A program made the translations under genes and the position numbers. A DNA stretch of 62,101 bases, the filler included, from Choristocarpus tenellus KU-1152 (lineage: Eukaryota > Protista > Phaeophyceae): NCBI GenBank assembly GCA_964200185.2. It is 14 parts of 14 records of this genome, joined end to end, with 100 filler letters (N's around TTAATTAATTAA, not from the genome) between each part and the next. Parts side by side here need not be neighbours in the genome. Positions count along the whole stretch, not along the records: positions 49,999 to 54,700 come from CAXNAD020013409.1; positions 54,801 to 59,181 come from CAXNAD020014816.1; positions 59,282 to 62,101 come from CAXNAD020024469.1; 11 more parts are not named here. One strand, given 5' to 3'. The notes beneath the pieces are model-generated. The model saw nothing but the letters and a program-made list of their open reading frames with translations. It had not been told where the DNA came from and did not search any database. Below, in pieces: positions 49,999-62,101 of this stretch; the first letter of the stretch is position 1, and every line of letters begins with the position of its first letter.

Positions 49999-52900
49999 TA
50001 TCTCATTAGTTACATCACGTGGACTCAATTCAACACAATCATATCTCATACATACAAAATAAGGTACACTTCACTATTGTCCTATTTTGCACATTCCCCC
50101 ATGAGAGTGCAGGCAATGAAAGAGTTGCTGGAACTCTCAAACCTAAAACTTCTTACCGTGTACATTCCCCATTCTGCACACTCCCCCATGAAAATGGAAG
50201 TAAAAAGCGTCAGATTGGTTCAATTCTCTCACACATATCACCTTTATCTTGTCAACGAAGTAAAAGAACGCAGATTACTTCAAGTTTAACACACGACATC
50301 CATCTAGTCAAAACAGTGTATACAAAGTCTTCTACCTGCTTCTTGCGTAATGTTTTGGTCAGTATTTCTGCAAGTTGGAGTGTCATGGGAATATATTTTA
50401 CTGTAAATTGTCCTTTGCTAACATACTCCTCGGTGCATTTTAGTTTAATATCCACATGCCTTGTCCGTCCATTGAAGCCTTCAGTTGTTGCTGCTTGGAT
50501 CGCACCTCGATTGTCTCCATACCAAACCGTGACCCCTTTGAGTATGCCCAGCTCCCCCAGGATGGCTCTGAGGAATATTGCATGCCTCATTCCATGCATC
50601 ACCGCTGTCCATTCCACCTCTGATGAAGATGTGGTTACAGCTCCCTGTATCTTGGATTTCCATGCAACAGGTGCTCCATTGATGAGTATCAGATACCCTC
50701 CGCCTTGATGCAATGTCATTGCCCCAGTCTGAGTCTCCATACCCAACCAGGCCCCCATTGTCCATTTCACCACCAGCAGGATAGTCTATCCCTACTTTTG
50801 TGGTGCCCGCCAGGTATCGCAGAACATGTTGTAATCCTCTCCAGTATCGATCGCACGGGGATGCTGCATATCTTCCCAGTTCCCGCACACTGTTGGATAG
50901 GTCTGGTCGTGTCGTCCCGGCTAGGAACATAAGTTTCCCCAAGATGGTGCGATAGGGTTTGTACCTTTGGTCCAGCTCCTCCTCGTCAGTTCTTCTTGCC
51001 GTCAGGTCCATTCCTGGGCTTAAAGGTGATGAGGTACTCCGTAATTCTGTGGATCTCATTCCTTCGCGAACAATGCTCTCTGCATAGAAATGTTGGTCTA
51101 GTGTGATGCCAGGTTCATCCCTGGTGATTGCCACCCCAACTAACTTGTCTGGGGTCCCAAGGTCCCGTCCTTCGTATTTGGTAAGCAGAGTGCTCTTCAT
51201 CCTCTTTATTTCTTCGAGGAAGTTTCCGGTCAATGAGATGTCATCCACATAGTGGAAAAGAACAGCGATCCTTCCATCTTCACTCCTTTTGACATATAAG
51301 CAGGCCTCAAAATCGGTAACACGCCACCCCTCAGCTAAAATTGTTACCTTTAGCTCCTTGTACCACTCCATTGCTGATTGCTCAAGGCCATAGATAGCCC
51401 TGGCAGCTTTTACGATGGATCCATTGGGCAGTTGTAGCCATACATCTTCAGGGACTGGTGCGTTCAGGTGGGCTTGGGTGAAGTCTAGGGAGTTGATGAT
51501 CAAGTTTCTGTTACCTGCTGTAGCCAGGACTGCTCGAATCAAGTCAAATCCCACCACTGGACTAAATGTGCCGAAGTAGTTCACCCCTTCTTGTTGGGAA
51601 AAGAGTCAAAATATCTTAGAGGGTAGAGCCGTGTCCATTTGGGTTCCAAAATCCAATGTTGCAATTTTGATGTAATTTTGGCTATTGGGTTTTTTTGGAG
51701 ATGTCAGTATCCTTGTTCTCCTTTTCATAAGGTATATACATTTCACGTACTCCGAAACATTTTGGAGTAGGTAAAATGTCATTGAAGTCCCTGGGGAAGT
51801 CAAGCCCCAAATGGACAAATAGGGAACAACTCGTACCCTCTAAGATACTTTCACTCAAAGTCCCGTGCCACCAGCCTGGCCTATCTTTCGATATCTCCAT
51901 GTGCAGTCCTTTTTATTTTGAATATAAATCTGGTTTGGATGGGTCTCCTCCCTGGTGGCAGACTCTCTCCCTCATGGAAGGTTCCTTTGGTTCGTTGACC
52001 CTCCATTTCTTGTTCCATTGCCTTCTTCCAGTGTTCTGCATCAGGCCCTGCGAGGGCTTCTGCGATGGTTGATGGCTCCTGGTGGCCTATTGAGATGTCA
52101 CCTGCCATGCCCATCAAACAGAATGCATCATCCGTGCTTGATCTGAGCAGATTCACTCTATTCTCTCCCAGTTCTTCTCTATCTCCAGAGTGTAAAACCC
52201 TGTAGTCCACCCTGGGTTGTTCAGCTATCCTACCTGACCTCCGTTGTCCACTAGGTGAACTTGAGTTCTTTCCAACGCCTATTGCTTGGGGTATCGGATC
52301 GACCGCAATATCAAAATCCCGATCAGATTCGTCTTCAGTATCAGAAATTTCTTCATCATCCGTCAAAGTCATGGTCTCTCTCTCCCCCACGAAGTCCATC
52401 ATGTGTTCGTCTGGCTCGAACATCACGTTGGCTGAGGTTACCAACTTGGCTTCTTGAGGAAGCCAGATATGCCAGCATAGTGATGTACGATCATGTCCCA
52501 TTATTTTACCTCTCTTGGCGTATGGGTGAAACTTTGAACGGCCCCCTCTCTGCTGCTTGTCCTGATGAACATAGCACTCGCTCCCCCAGGCCCGAAGCCT
52601 ATCGTAGTTGAATGATTTTCCTGTTAGACGCTTGCATGGCGTCTCTTCTCCGAGGTATTTGTGTGGCATGCCTCCAGTCTTGAAGGCGACGTCCGTGATG
52701 GCAAAGAACCAATACTCGTCGCCCTGCCCAGCCTTTACCCGTTGACTCCTTGCTGCCCCCCATGAGTTGCTTTATCGCCCTTTCGGTGATTCCATTGCTC
52801 TGTGGTGTTCTCGGTGGAGATTTCCTCCATCTGGTACCGTTGTTTGCCAGCATCCTTTGGAACTTCACCGATCTCCCAAACTCGCCAGCACCGTCCCCAC

Positions 52901-53290
52901 TGATGCATTTGACTGGTATACCTTCCCTGGGCATCTGGTCGATATAAGCAGCGGTTGCATCCGTCGCTGCGTTTTTCGTCTTCGATCCATAAACCCTCTT
53001 GTGTCTGCTGCTCTCGTCAACAAACACCTGAAAATATTGATGGCCAGTGATGTCTGCTTTAAAAGGTCCTGCCACCCCGTTGATAGCTTAGGGCCTCGGA
53101 CTTGCATTCCTTGCAGGTCTTGCATTGCAGTTCTGACGCCACAGTAACATCGGTGATCTCCAACAGTCCACGCTTCTCGAGGTGCTTGATAGCTGAAGGG
53201 TTGATGTGACCTAATATGTTATGCCAGTCCTTCAACGTCAGCCTCTGCTTCTGGTTGGCTCGTGCAGCACTGGCTCTCGATTCTTGTTCC
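49999..53290 (-). mobile_element. Ty1/copia retrotransposon pol pseudogene (GAG-pre-integrase, integrase, RT, RNase H, PPT, start of 3' LTR)
   Basis: WHNILGHIN..C..C; FVDESSR...GDGAGEF...TPQSNGITER; EPSTIAEAL; YVDD; TRPDLS; YGDSDW; RTRHVDIK. INT-RT-RH order is diagnostic of copia. Multiple frameshifts. Confidence 0.95.
51603..51856. mobile_element. MITE family B inserted in the copia RT
   Basis: GAGTCAAAATATCTTAGAGGGTA...TACCCTCTAAGATACTTTCACTC with flanks AAAA / AAAG. Removing it restores ARLVARDFSQQEGVNY. Confidence 0.92.
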
Positions 53291-53341
53291 ATGTTGATTA
53301 TGATTCCGGTTAAATTTAAGAACCCCCCCGATTTTTGTAGG

Positions 53342-53420
53342 GAGTGAAAGTATCGTAGAGGGTATGAGTTTTGCCCTGTTTGTGGGGCTTGCCTTCCCTT
53401 GGATTTTTTTATGACATTTT
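53342..53420. mobile_element. Truncated MITE family B end
   Basis: GAGTGAAAGTATCGTAGAGGGTATGAG...TTTTTATGACATTTT matches the other copies. Confidence 0.75.
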
Positions 53421-53779
53421 AATATTTTATGTACGCACAAACGATGATATGGGAGATCAAGGATATTTAGGCGGGTATTTGACCAGAAGTAATTTGTGGA
53501 ATGTTAGAGTCGGAGTGTTTCTGATGTGTGCTAGAGAACTGTTGAGTCATTTGGTATTCTGAGACATTTACTGCAAGATTTGGTAAGCCCCATCTAGTGA
53601 TGGTGTCTCACTCTCTTCTCAACTGTGATACAAGCTAATAGACAATAATAGAACTGGTTGTGTGGGACAACAGATCATCAAGGACAGCTTAACTCACTAT
53701 AGCATTCTTAATAAGAATGCTTGTGTAGTGAATATACGTGGAGTTTAGCTATCACCGGGAAGGACTCAAGATAAACAAG

Positions 53780-54700
53780 ATGATGCCCAGATCGAGATTT
53801 GATACAAGTCTGAGCTCAATTGATGACGACGGAGTTGAAGAACAGTCAATGACCAGAGGGGGGGGTGAGAATCATGATGGGACATCAGCCGCACAAGGGG
53901 GCAGGGTTAGGGCTGGGGCTAGAGATACGGTGGCCGTGAGGGCTAGACCTGTATTTGCATCGAAATGAAAGAAATATTCCTCCTAACAACCTCGTTCAAG
54001 GGGGAACCAGGAATGTGGAGGAAGTGGAGCAAAACGATTCTGACACACGCTCTCTCATCGGGATGGAGGGACCCACTGGTAACGAAGGAGCATCTGAGGG
54101 TACTGTTGTTGGAGTATTCCCCGATAGCTGCGGATCTGTATCTGCACCATGTGTTGACGTACGCTATTAATGGACTACAGGAGGCGACAACAGGACCTGC
54201 TTTGGACATCGTTTTGACATACGAATCTCCGAGTGAGGCATTCACCGCACTTGTCAAGAATTATGCTCACTCTGGAAAACAGAGAGAAATCTCATGAAAC
54301 GGTACCGTAATTATTGGACATGGTGCTGGAACCTGGGAGAGATCCTGCTGACATCATTAACCGCCAGGAGGCTCTTATAATGGAGCTGAAGAGCTTGGGT
54401 GAATCGGTGCCAGAGGAAGATCGAGTGGGCTGGCTTCAAAATTCACTTGGGGATGAGTACCTTGACATCTTATGTCAAATAGATCATAATGAGTCGGAAG
54501 AGGGACAGTTGATACCGGAAAGATTGATCCTCAAGAAATACTGACTGCAGACCATGCAACAAAGGACAGAATCGGCAGGGGTTAGAGCTGGAGCACTGAT
54601 GGTAGGAAGCCAATCGAGACGGACTGGTTGGCTGTTAAAGTATCCCCAAAATCATCAAAGACGATAAAGGTGATAAAACCAGCGAGATTGCTTGGTGTCT
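53780..54700 (+). mobile_element. Degraded copia-type gag
   Basis: ESPSEAFTALVKNYA...LEPGRDPADIINRQEALIMELKSLGESVPEEDRVGWLQNSLGDEY resembles UBN2/Retrotran_gag_2; stops and frameshifts. Confidence 0.7.
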
Positions 54701-55101
54701 NNNNNNNNNNNNNNNNNNNNNNNNNNNNNNNNNNNNNNNNNNNNTTAATTAATTAANNNNNNNNNNNNNNNNNNNNNNNNNNNNNNNNNNNNNNNNNNNN
54801 CTCTACACAACGTTTATGTATGGTAGTTCATGTACGGTACGGACCTGATACTTGATCATCAGTTGATATATCATGTATGGCACGTGTGATAAAGTAGATA
54901 TGATTCTTTTCTGATTATCCATGTGGACGTTGCAAATCCCACATGGTAGGCTGCACTGGTCTTACCCACCTTCTCAGTCAGCGGAATCGAGACCACAAGA
55001 CCCTTGTAATACTAACATCGTTCATCTACATCAAGCTGTTCTTTGTCCTTAATTAAAGCACCATAAAAGTCGCGGGTCCAGTGTGGGATAGTTCAACATA
55101 G

Positions 55102-55550
55102 AATATCTTAGTAGTGGACAGTTGCCGCAGGCCCTAGGTGTTTGGAAGCTATGTGAGTCAGAGTGGCTTAGGAAACGAGAAAGAAGGTGTTAGGGTTGGG
55201 CTACAAGGACTCTGAAGCCCGAAAGAAGGTATCCCATTTCCGGCGCTCAACAAGGAAATGTGATGATAAAGGCTCTAATACTGTGAATCCTGTACTTGTG
55301 TATGAACGACAGGAAACATTGTCAAATGGCGCTAGATATCGCAGCAGGATATGCGATGGTCAGGTCGGAGACTTTAGGTAATTGAGAGAGAGACTTCCTA
55401 ACTAAGGGCCACATCAGGTTGTCGGAACTAGGGCGCTACAAGAGGCGTTTCGTTCTGGCCCTCAACGAGGACATCCTTGCCGAGGTCAAAGAACGGGCGC
55501 GCGAACACATAGGAATGAAGAGTGAGGAGAGTTTTTCCCGGGTAAAGCCT
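55102..55550 (+). mobile_element. Second, internally deleted copy of the putative transposase at 17483-18650
   Basis: Shared GAGTGGCTTA.GAAACGA...GGGTTGGGCTACAAGG.CTCTGAAGCCCGAAAGAAGGT and GGGCGCTA..AGAGGCGTTTCGT. Confidence 0.65.
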
Positions 55551-55913
55551 ATACTTTAATCAAGTAATAGTGTATCTGTTGCTACTCGTGGTGACCTACA
55601 GTCCAGGGTTCGAGCCGCAATATGAACGGCCTTTCTTCAAAAATAGGAAAAAAAAATGGCGAAAAACAAAAACGAAGCCCGTAGTCTGGAGGGCATTGTG
55701 ACGGGCATCACGAATATGCTTTTATGTTTTAAATCCGACGTCTACATCAAAAGGTATAATGGGACAAGCCCAGACATATAAGCTATTGGTACCACTATAC
55801 CCACCTACCTCCTTGATAAAAAATAACTTAAAATTTGAAAACTTCCCTGTATTTATCACTCCTGCTTCTACATGAGGCGATCTATAAATCAACACAATAT
55901 ATTTTCACTGAAA

Positions 55914-56093
55914 TGCTCAAAGTATATGGAGGAAGGTAGTGGCTGTCCATTCGGGGCCCATCTTCTATGTCGCGATTTTTCTGTGATTTGGTTGCATGCG
56001 TCGGATGGATAATGTAAGAGCACTTTCCCTGGTCAGGGCCCGAATGGACACCCTGGTGTAGACCCCTCCTCCTCCCCCCAGATACTTTGAGCC
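55914..56093. mobile_element. MITE family A, complete gap-free copy of about 180 bp
   Basis: GCTCAAAGTATATGG...CCAGATACTTTGAGCC; flanked by AAA on both sides. Confidence 0.85.
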
Positions 56094-59000
56094 AAAGTGA
56101 TCCATAGATAACAACCATTGTTTCTAACGACACGGTCCCTGCACAAAATGACAGGGACAATCAAGGTAGTGAAGCCAGAGCTGCAGCTATGGTGAAGCCT
56201 GCGTCAGATGAACCTGGCGGAGTCACCACACTTATCCCAAAGAGGGCAAGCTGATCAACAGGAATAGGAGTCAAGTCTCCACCTGAGGGGTAGGAGCAGC
56301 TACATCTGAGGTGATTGCCGTGATGGCATACCTCCAAGACTCCCACTCCTGTGAAAGGGCTAGAGTAAAGTCCCAAACTCCTGAGGGAAGGAGCCAAGCG
56401 GGCAACCTTGCAAGGGAAAGCCTTGCTCTTACCGGTCCTTGCCGTGATGGGGTGATGGGAGACTTTGATATCCCTCCGCTTGCCTATGATGAGCTCAAGC
56501 TAAACTTCCCATTCCTGGGGGAGAAGGAGCCAAGCAACCAATCCCAGTAGGGGGAGGCATTGCTGCTTTCAAGGCGCTTACTGCAATATCAGACCTTGAT
56601 GACTCCCAAATGAATGCACCCTGGCGAGACAGGTGGTCGGCAATCGTTACCTGCACAGGACTGGCGAGAATAGAGATATAGAGCTTCACAAGCTTCATCA
56701 ACAGAGGGGAAGTCGTAGCATATGGCCTAGCCCAAATATTCGTTTAACCGCCCTGTGGGCTCACGTGTTAGCTGGTCCATTATAGGGCCAAGTAGGTAGA
56801 ACTAGAAGCACTCCCAAGATGTCCATCATTGGCAAACAGGCATAGTGTTTCACGTGTCTAAGCAAGGGAGGAGACGCCATGGCATATTGCTAAGGCTAGT
56901 CAAGCTTGGGCCCTCTGTCCTCCCTTGTGCTGCCTGGCACACTAACGGACTGGAGAGGATTTACAAGAGACATCTCCATGGCTGGTGGTGGATTTCTGCA
57001 GCTCAGGAGTGTCATGTGTGGTTGAGCCTCATGCCGACTAAACATAGGACCCAGGTGGCATGGCAGCTCTTCAGAAGGCATTGCATTGATTGGGGATTTG
57101 GGTGACTAGTAGCAGGTTTGGGGTGCGTTGGAGCATACCTGGGTCATTGAAGCTGGAAGTACCTGTGCATTCTGGAGGACTAGACAATCTTCGTGTCAAG
57201 TAGGCATTGTCATTTTGATCTGGGTGGACGCATTTTTTTTAGTATCTGTGCTTGGCTGCTTTGGCTAATGACATATTCTGCTAGGAGAAACTCGTTGAAT
57301 CCCTGTTTGACCAGATGGTGTGTTGTGCAATGCAGAGATCTCTCTGTCCCCCTTTCTTTTTCTGATTGTGCTGAGGTATAATTAATGTCACGGGTGTCTC
57401 AAAATGGGTATTTGCGTGCAGACTTGGGTTTTGCATTGCCTGTGCATGACTGATGTGTCGTTTCTTTTTGTTGACCTGATTACCACCATCGAGTCAACAG
57501 TTATGAAGTGATAATATGCGTTTTTTAATTAGTGACTCTCTTTTAGTGTTGAAGTCTCCACCTGCAAACTGTTGGTGTTGATCGGTTGCAAACGAAGGGA
57601 TCGGCGAATCTGTAAGTTTGTGCCGCATGTATAACTGTGTGAAATCATTGCAGTTGGCTGTTGTAGCAAGAGATGCCCCAAGCTAGTTGCCTTTGTCAAG
57701 GCTTGCTCGCTAGTGTTTAATCTGTTAAGCTTATGAAGGGGAGCTACTTCTCGAGTGAATTCCGGTCTTGATTTACCCTACTTAGTTTTGGTCCGGTAAG
57801 GATGACATGACATCCCACTATGTTGCAATAGGAGAGTCTCTTATATGAGTTTATGGCGTTGATTTGCTCTGTTAGGAAAAATGTCCATCACACTATGTTT
57901 TCATAGCAGGATATTGTATTGTGTAAGTACTCCAAATACTCGTGTAACTGATAGGTTGTGCAATCGAATTGTAGTTGACTTCACCCCCACATATGGTTGT
58001 TGTAGGACTGGTAATGATTTGTGAATTCAAAACAGGTGAGCCTTGAGTGGCCTTCTGTCAAGAAATACCTGTCTCAGCCTTGAAGTATTTCGTCTGAGGT
58101 CATTTTGGTAAGGACCCTATCAAATCGCTGTACTTGCTGGCTGTGTGTCATGATGTAACAGACAGACTCCAGTGTGTTTCTGTAGTATTTAGTGCTCAAG
58201 TTTTTGATATATTCTCTGTGTCTAGGTATGCATCCCTCTCACTTATTGTCTTGTTGATGTCTGTTCCACATAATGTCTTCTGTGATGTCATCAAGCACAC
58301 CTTAGTGTTGCGATCAGATCCCACTACACTCACGAGCTCAAGTAGTAATCTGTCGCAGTGGACATTATGTTGAGCGTATGTCAAAAAGACCATGCGTGAG
58401 AGATATATGTCACTGCACACAGGGAATACATCAAAAACGTAAGAACTAAGTGCAGAAGAAGCGCACCACAATCTGTCTGCTAAGCCATGCCACACAAGTA
58501 GGAGCTTGCTTTCCTCAGTCAAATATCCTTCACAAGCAGATCGTCCCAGTCACGAGTTGGCTCAATAAGTGGGGCATTTGTAACGTCCCCAACACAAAAG
58601 ATTAGATCTTTTTTGTAGTTTTCAAACTTGCATTTATTTGTTTTTGACATTCCTACATAATGCTTTTAAGTTTCACATGTTTCTATTTTTTCTATTTCAT
58701 TATTTTCAGAACATAATCATTCATACAGTGTTTGCAGTCGCCTCCTCCATCAACTTCGTCGTGCCATAACCTTTGATTAACAACATTTTTTTTCATGAAA
58801 ACTCGTTTATTGTAATCGCATCAGCATGCCTAACCTTATTTGATGGGTCTCGGTTGACCAACTTACAGTAATCGTGAGAAATACAGGACGATACTTAAAT
58901 CAAGTCGTCCTCACTTGGTTCGCACGGGGGGTGCCACGTGGCGCGCGCGAACAGTGCATTTAAGGATAATTTTGACGCCGGAAGAGGTCATCTTCACCCA

Positions 59001-59870
59001 GAGAACATGATCGTTGTTGTCTCTCCATTCTCTTTCCATTATTTCCCATTTATGCGATGTTGTCACCTGCTGATTAAGGCTCACTCATGGTGGTCCAGGC
59101 CTCTGAATCAGACAATCATGCCAAGTCATACGAGGTATTCTGAAGGTGCAGGCCTCCTGTGAGACTTAAATGTTTTGTACANNNNNNNNNNNNNNNNNNN
59201 NNNNNNNNNNNNNNNNNNNNNNNNNTTAATTAATTAANNNNNNNNNNNNNNNNNNNNNNNNNNNNNNNNNNNNNNNNNNNNGTGGGTGTTGGGCAAGGCC
59301 ACGAGACAGACTGAGAGGGAGGGGCACAGCTCAGTACCTCGTGAAAGGGATGTACTGAGGGGAAGTGAAAGGGTGCAGAGAGATCGGCGGGTGAGTGGGG
59401 TGATGACAGGGTGGGAAAGTTTTTTTTTTTTAGATATTTGGTTTCTTGGTGGGAGAATAAAGTCACATTTTTAAAAAAAATGTACTGAATGGGGCACTAA
59501 AAGAGCTCGAAGAAGTGGTGGTACTCAAGATTGTAAAGACTTGTGTGTGCTTTTCTCTTCTTCAAAACTATTGATAATACAAGTACTATGTACTTATGCA
59601 CTATGTACTTATGTAGTATGTAGTATGGTTTAGTACTGGTTAATGGATTTTTTTGCGTTTATGATGGGTTTGTGAGGGGTCGCCCAGTATGGACTGAAGG
59701 TGTTTGGTATCGCGGGATAATGCGCCAGACCCGGTACACTGTGGAAGGGGGCATCTCGTTGATTTGAAATGCAATGTGCAGTAAGTCAGTAAGTCTGTTG
59801 GTTGGTCCCGATGTAGTGGTTGGTTGATTGGTTTGATGTAAGACTGAATGGGGTAGTGCGAGCATGTAGA

Positions 59871-59963
59871 TGTGTGAGGATAGTGTGGGATGGTGACGAT
59901 TGTGTGAGGATAGTGTGGGATGGTGACCATTGTGTGAGGATAGTGTGGGATACTGACCATTGA
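59871..59963. repeat. 30-bp tandem repeat, 3 copies
   Basis: Unit TGTGTGAGGATAGTGTGGGATGGTGACSAT. Confidence 0.9.
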
Positions 59964-60744
59964 CATGCAGTTGAGGATGTCCTCTTATTTCTTCATGTGA
60001 GATTCTCAGGGGCAGAGAGCGGTACTTGGGTGGTTGTCTGTGAAATGTTGTTCTTGTCTGTTGTCTAGGGAGGTAGATGCTCCTCCACTGTCACCATGAT
60101 TGGTTGCTATTTGGTCAGCAGTGATTATTCCATACACATTCCACACACATTTGGTTTGTTTGTGCCTTCCTCTCCCCTGCAGGAGACAGAAAAACCGCTC
60201 ATTTTTACCCTAGACGTCTGTTGATGCTCCTATATGACTTCTATCTAGAGTGCTTTCATGTTGTAGCATTATAAACATTAAGGAGCTTGGTCCAGCACTG
60301 CAATATAGGTGACTAAAGTGACCCCAAAACCACGATGGTTTGTTTACCTCGTTACTGAACTGTTTGTTCTGTTGATTTACTGTGCCTACAGAAGCTGGTT
60401 TGGGAGTGCATACAACCAGAGGCGTTTGTGTATGAGCCTGGACCAGAGCCACCTGTGATGGTAGCATCTACCACTCTGCATACAGATATGCAGACGCTGG
60501 TGGGCAGCCACGTGTTTGCAGACACCCTGTTCAGGTTCCAGGTGATATCCCTCTGAGACTTGTTCTACCTTCATAGGACACTGTTTTACGATTGTACTGT
60601 TTTATTTACTGATTGGGGACAAAATTTAGTTTAAAAAATCATTGGCCTTCCCATTTTTAGGATGAATTGGTATTCCTGCCAACCAGATGAAGACATATTC
60701 GCATATCTGGCACCGTTGAAGAATAAGAAGAAAATGACTTAACC

Positions 60745-61995
60745 ATTGAAACAGCAAGCGATCTACCATGTATTTCAGGAGTATTTGTTCGCAGTCACCC
60801 TCAACTGAAACGTTTCAATGTGCATCCTGTTCCACCTGGTGCAATAAATCATATGGCAAATGGTTTGCCGTTACATATTCATTAATTTATTCGTTTTGCA
60901 CTTACATTTGGCGACATCACATTGCCAGTTGAAGCTTTAGTGATTCCCCAACTTGGTCCCGATAAATTCTGGTTGATGATAATAGTGTTATGATAATAGT
61001 GTTATGATGATAGTGTTATGATAATAGTGTTATGCGGGCCTTCGGTGCAATTCTCGATTGGCAAGAACAACGTCTCTCATTCCACAACAGCTTGTGTGCC
61101 ATTCCAACAAGACGTCACACGGCAAGGAGCCCCACACAATAAGTACATAATGCAAGTACCACTCCTTCGTGTTCTGTGGTGAGTGTGCAAAACGATTTTG
61201 ACCCTGTACCCGTTCGTGTACATAAACAGTACAACATACCAGCTGGTCATGAAATCATGATAGGTTGCACAACTGGTGCTAGCCCGTCTCTTGATACTGC
61301 TGTTGTAGCGGATCCAGTCATAATTCTATGCCTGATGTAGGTCAAGCCAATGAAGCTACACACCATGTAATCGTATCGTAGTTGCTCGCTCTCTCAATAC
61401 TTGGTCGGTAAGTAATAGATGAGTATTGGTTCAAATGGCAAACCCAACTGCACGTGGGGTCCGTATCAAGAAGCATCTTGTGATTGGTCACTTAACCCCA
61501 AGTTCTATTCAGATACCACTCACCGTTAGTGCTCTAAATATGGATTCTGCATCGTTCAGTAAAGCTAGAGAGGAGTTACATCCAATCCAGCCTTCAGTAC
61601 GACAAGTGCGTTCAAAGATACTACGTCCAAACAGTCTCAAGTTTCTCAACATTTAGACATCTGAGCTCGTTATAGATCAGTATTTTCGTTGAATGCAGCA
61701 GAACTGGGCAGATATAATCTCTAGCTGAAGCAGAAATTCCCATAGAGGTACCAAGCCTGTTGAAAGGATCCCATACAGAGCAAACCCCCGTGTACTCAAC
61801 AAGTGATTGACTTGTGCATTAACATTATGGAAGAGCAAGGCATCATTCAAAAACGCGCCAGCCCTTGGGGTAGTCCTGTTACCATTGTGACCAAATCTGA
61901 TGTCTCCTCCAATTTTCTCTGTAGACTATAGGTCGACTGTTTAGAAACACCTTGTTCGACAGACTTGGCCAATTCACAATCGATATGGAGTTGCA
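60745..61995 (+). mobile_element. Degraded Ty3/gypsy pol (aspartic protease and start of RT)
   Basis: ETASDLPCIS...TLPVEALVIPQLGPD...AFGAILDW, then EQGIIQKRASPWGSPVTIVTKSD...VDYR. Confidence 0.82.
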
Positions 61996-62101
61996 TATTG
62001 ATACTGTATACCTTTGGTATTGATACTGTATACCTTTGGTATTGATACTGTATACCTTTGGTATTGATACTGTATACCTTTGGTATTGATACTGTATACC
62101 T
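61996..62101. repeat. 22-bp tandem repeat TATTGATACTGTATACCTTTGG, at least 4.8 copies, running off the window
   Basis: Exact copies. Confidence 0.95.

Overview
Eukaryotic nuclear DNA from a photosynthetic stramenopile, probably a brown alga or close relative (inference from an ASAFAP-type plastid presequence, long introns, CCCTAA repeats and the retroelement types). It is not one locus: 14 short unplaced contigs are joined by 13 identical artificial 100-bp spacers (N44-TTAATTAATTAA-N44), so adjacency across spacers means nothing. Partial spliced genes are DDX47/RRP3 DEAD-box helicase, short/branched-chain acyl-CoA dehydrogenase, deoxyhypusine hydroxylase, a TyrP/Mtr-type aromatic amino-acid permease head-to-head with a plastid-targeted (possibly TspO-like) protein, a Spinster-like MFS transporter, CLEC16A/TT9 and a fasciclin (FAS1) protein. 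Much of the rest is transposon debris: Ty1/copia, Ty3/gypsy, RLE-type non-LTR elements, a putative DDE transposase, three MITE families, solo LTRs and GTAC-rich minisatellites. I found no convincing complete new biological system. The best leads are (1) an LTR-like end followed by about 55 nt of tRNA-Gln complement inside a long inverted repeat at 144-312, (2) GAG...CTC MITEs with 4-bp TSDs (Sola-like) plus a sister family, (3) two consecutive GC-AG introns in the acyl-CoA dehydrogenase, and (4) a compact Gly/aromatic motif in a very long DDX47 N-terminal extension. All family assignments are by eye from motifs; no database search was run.
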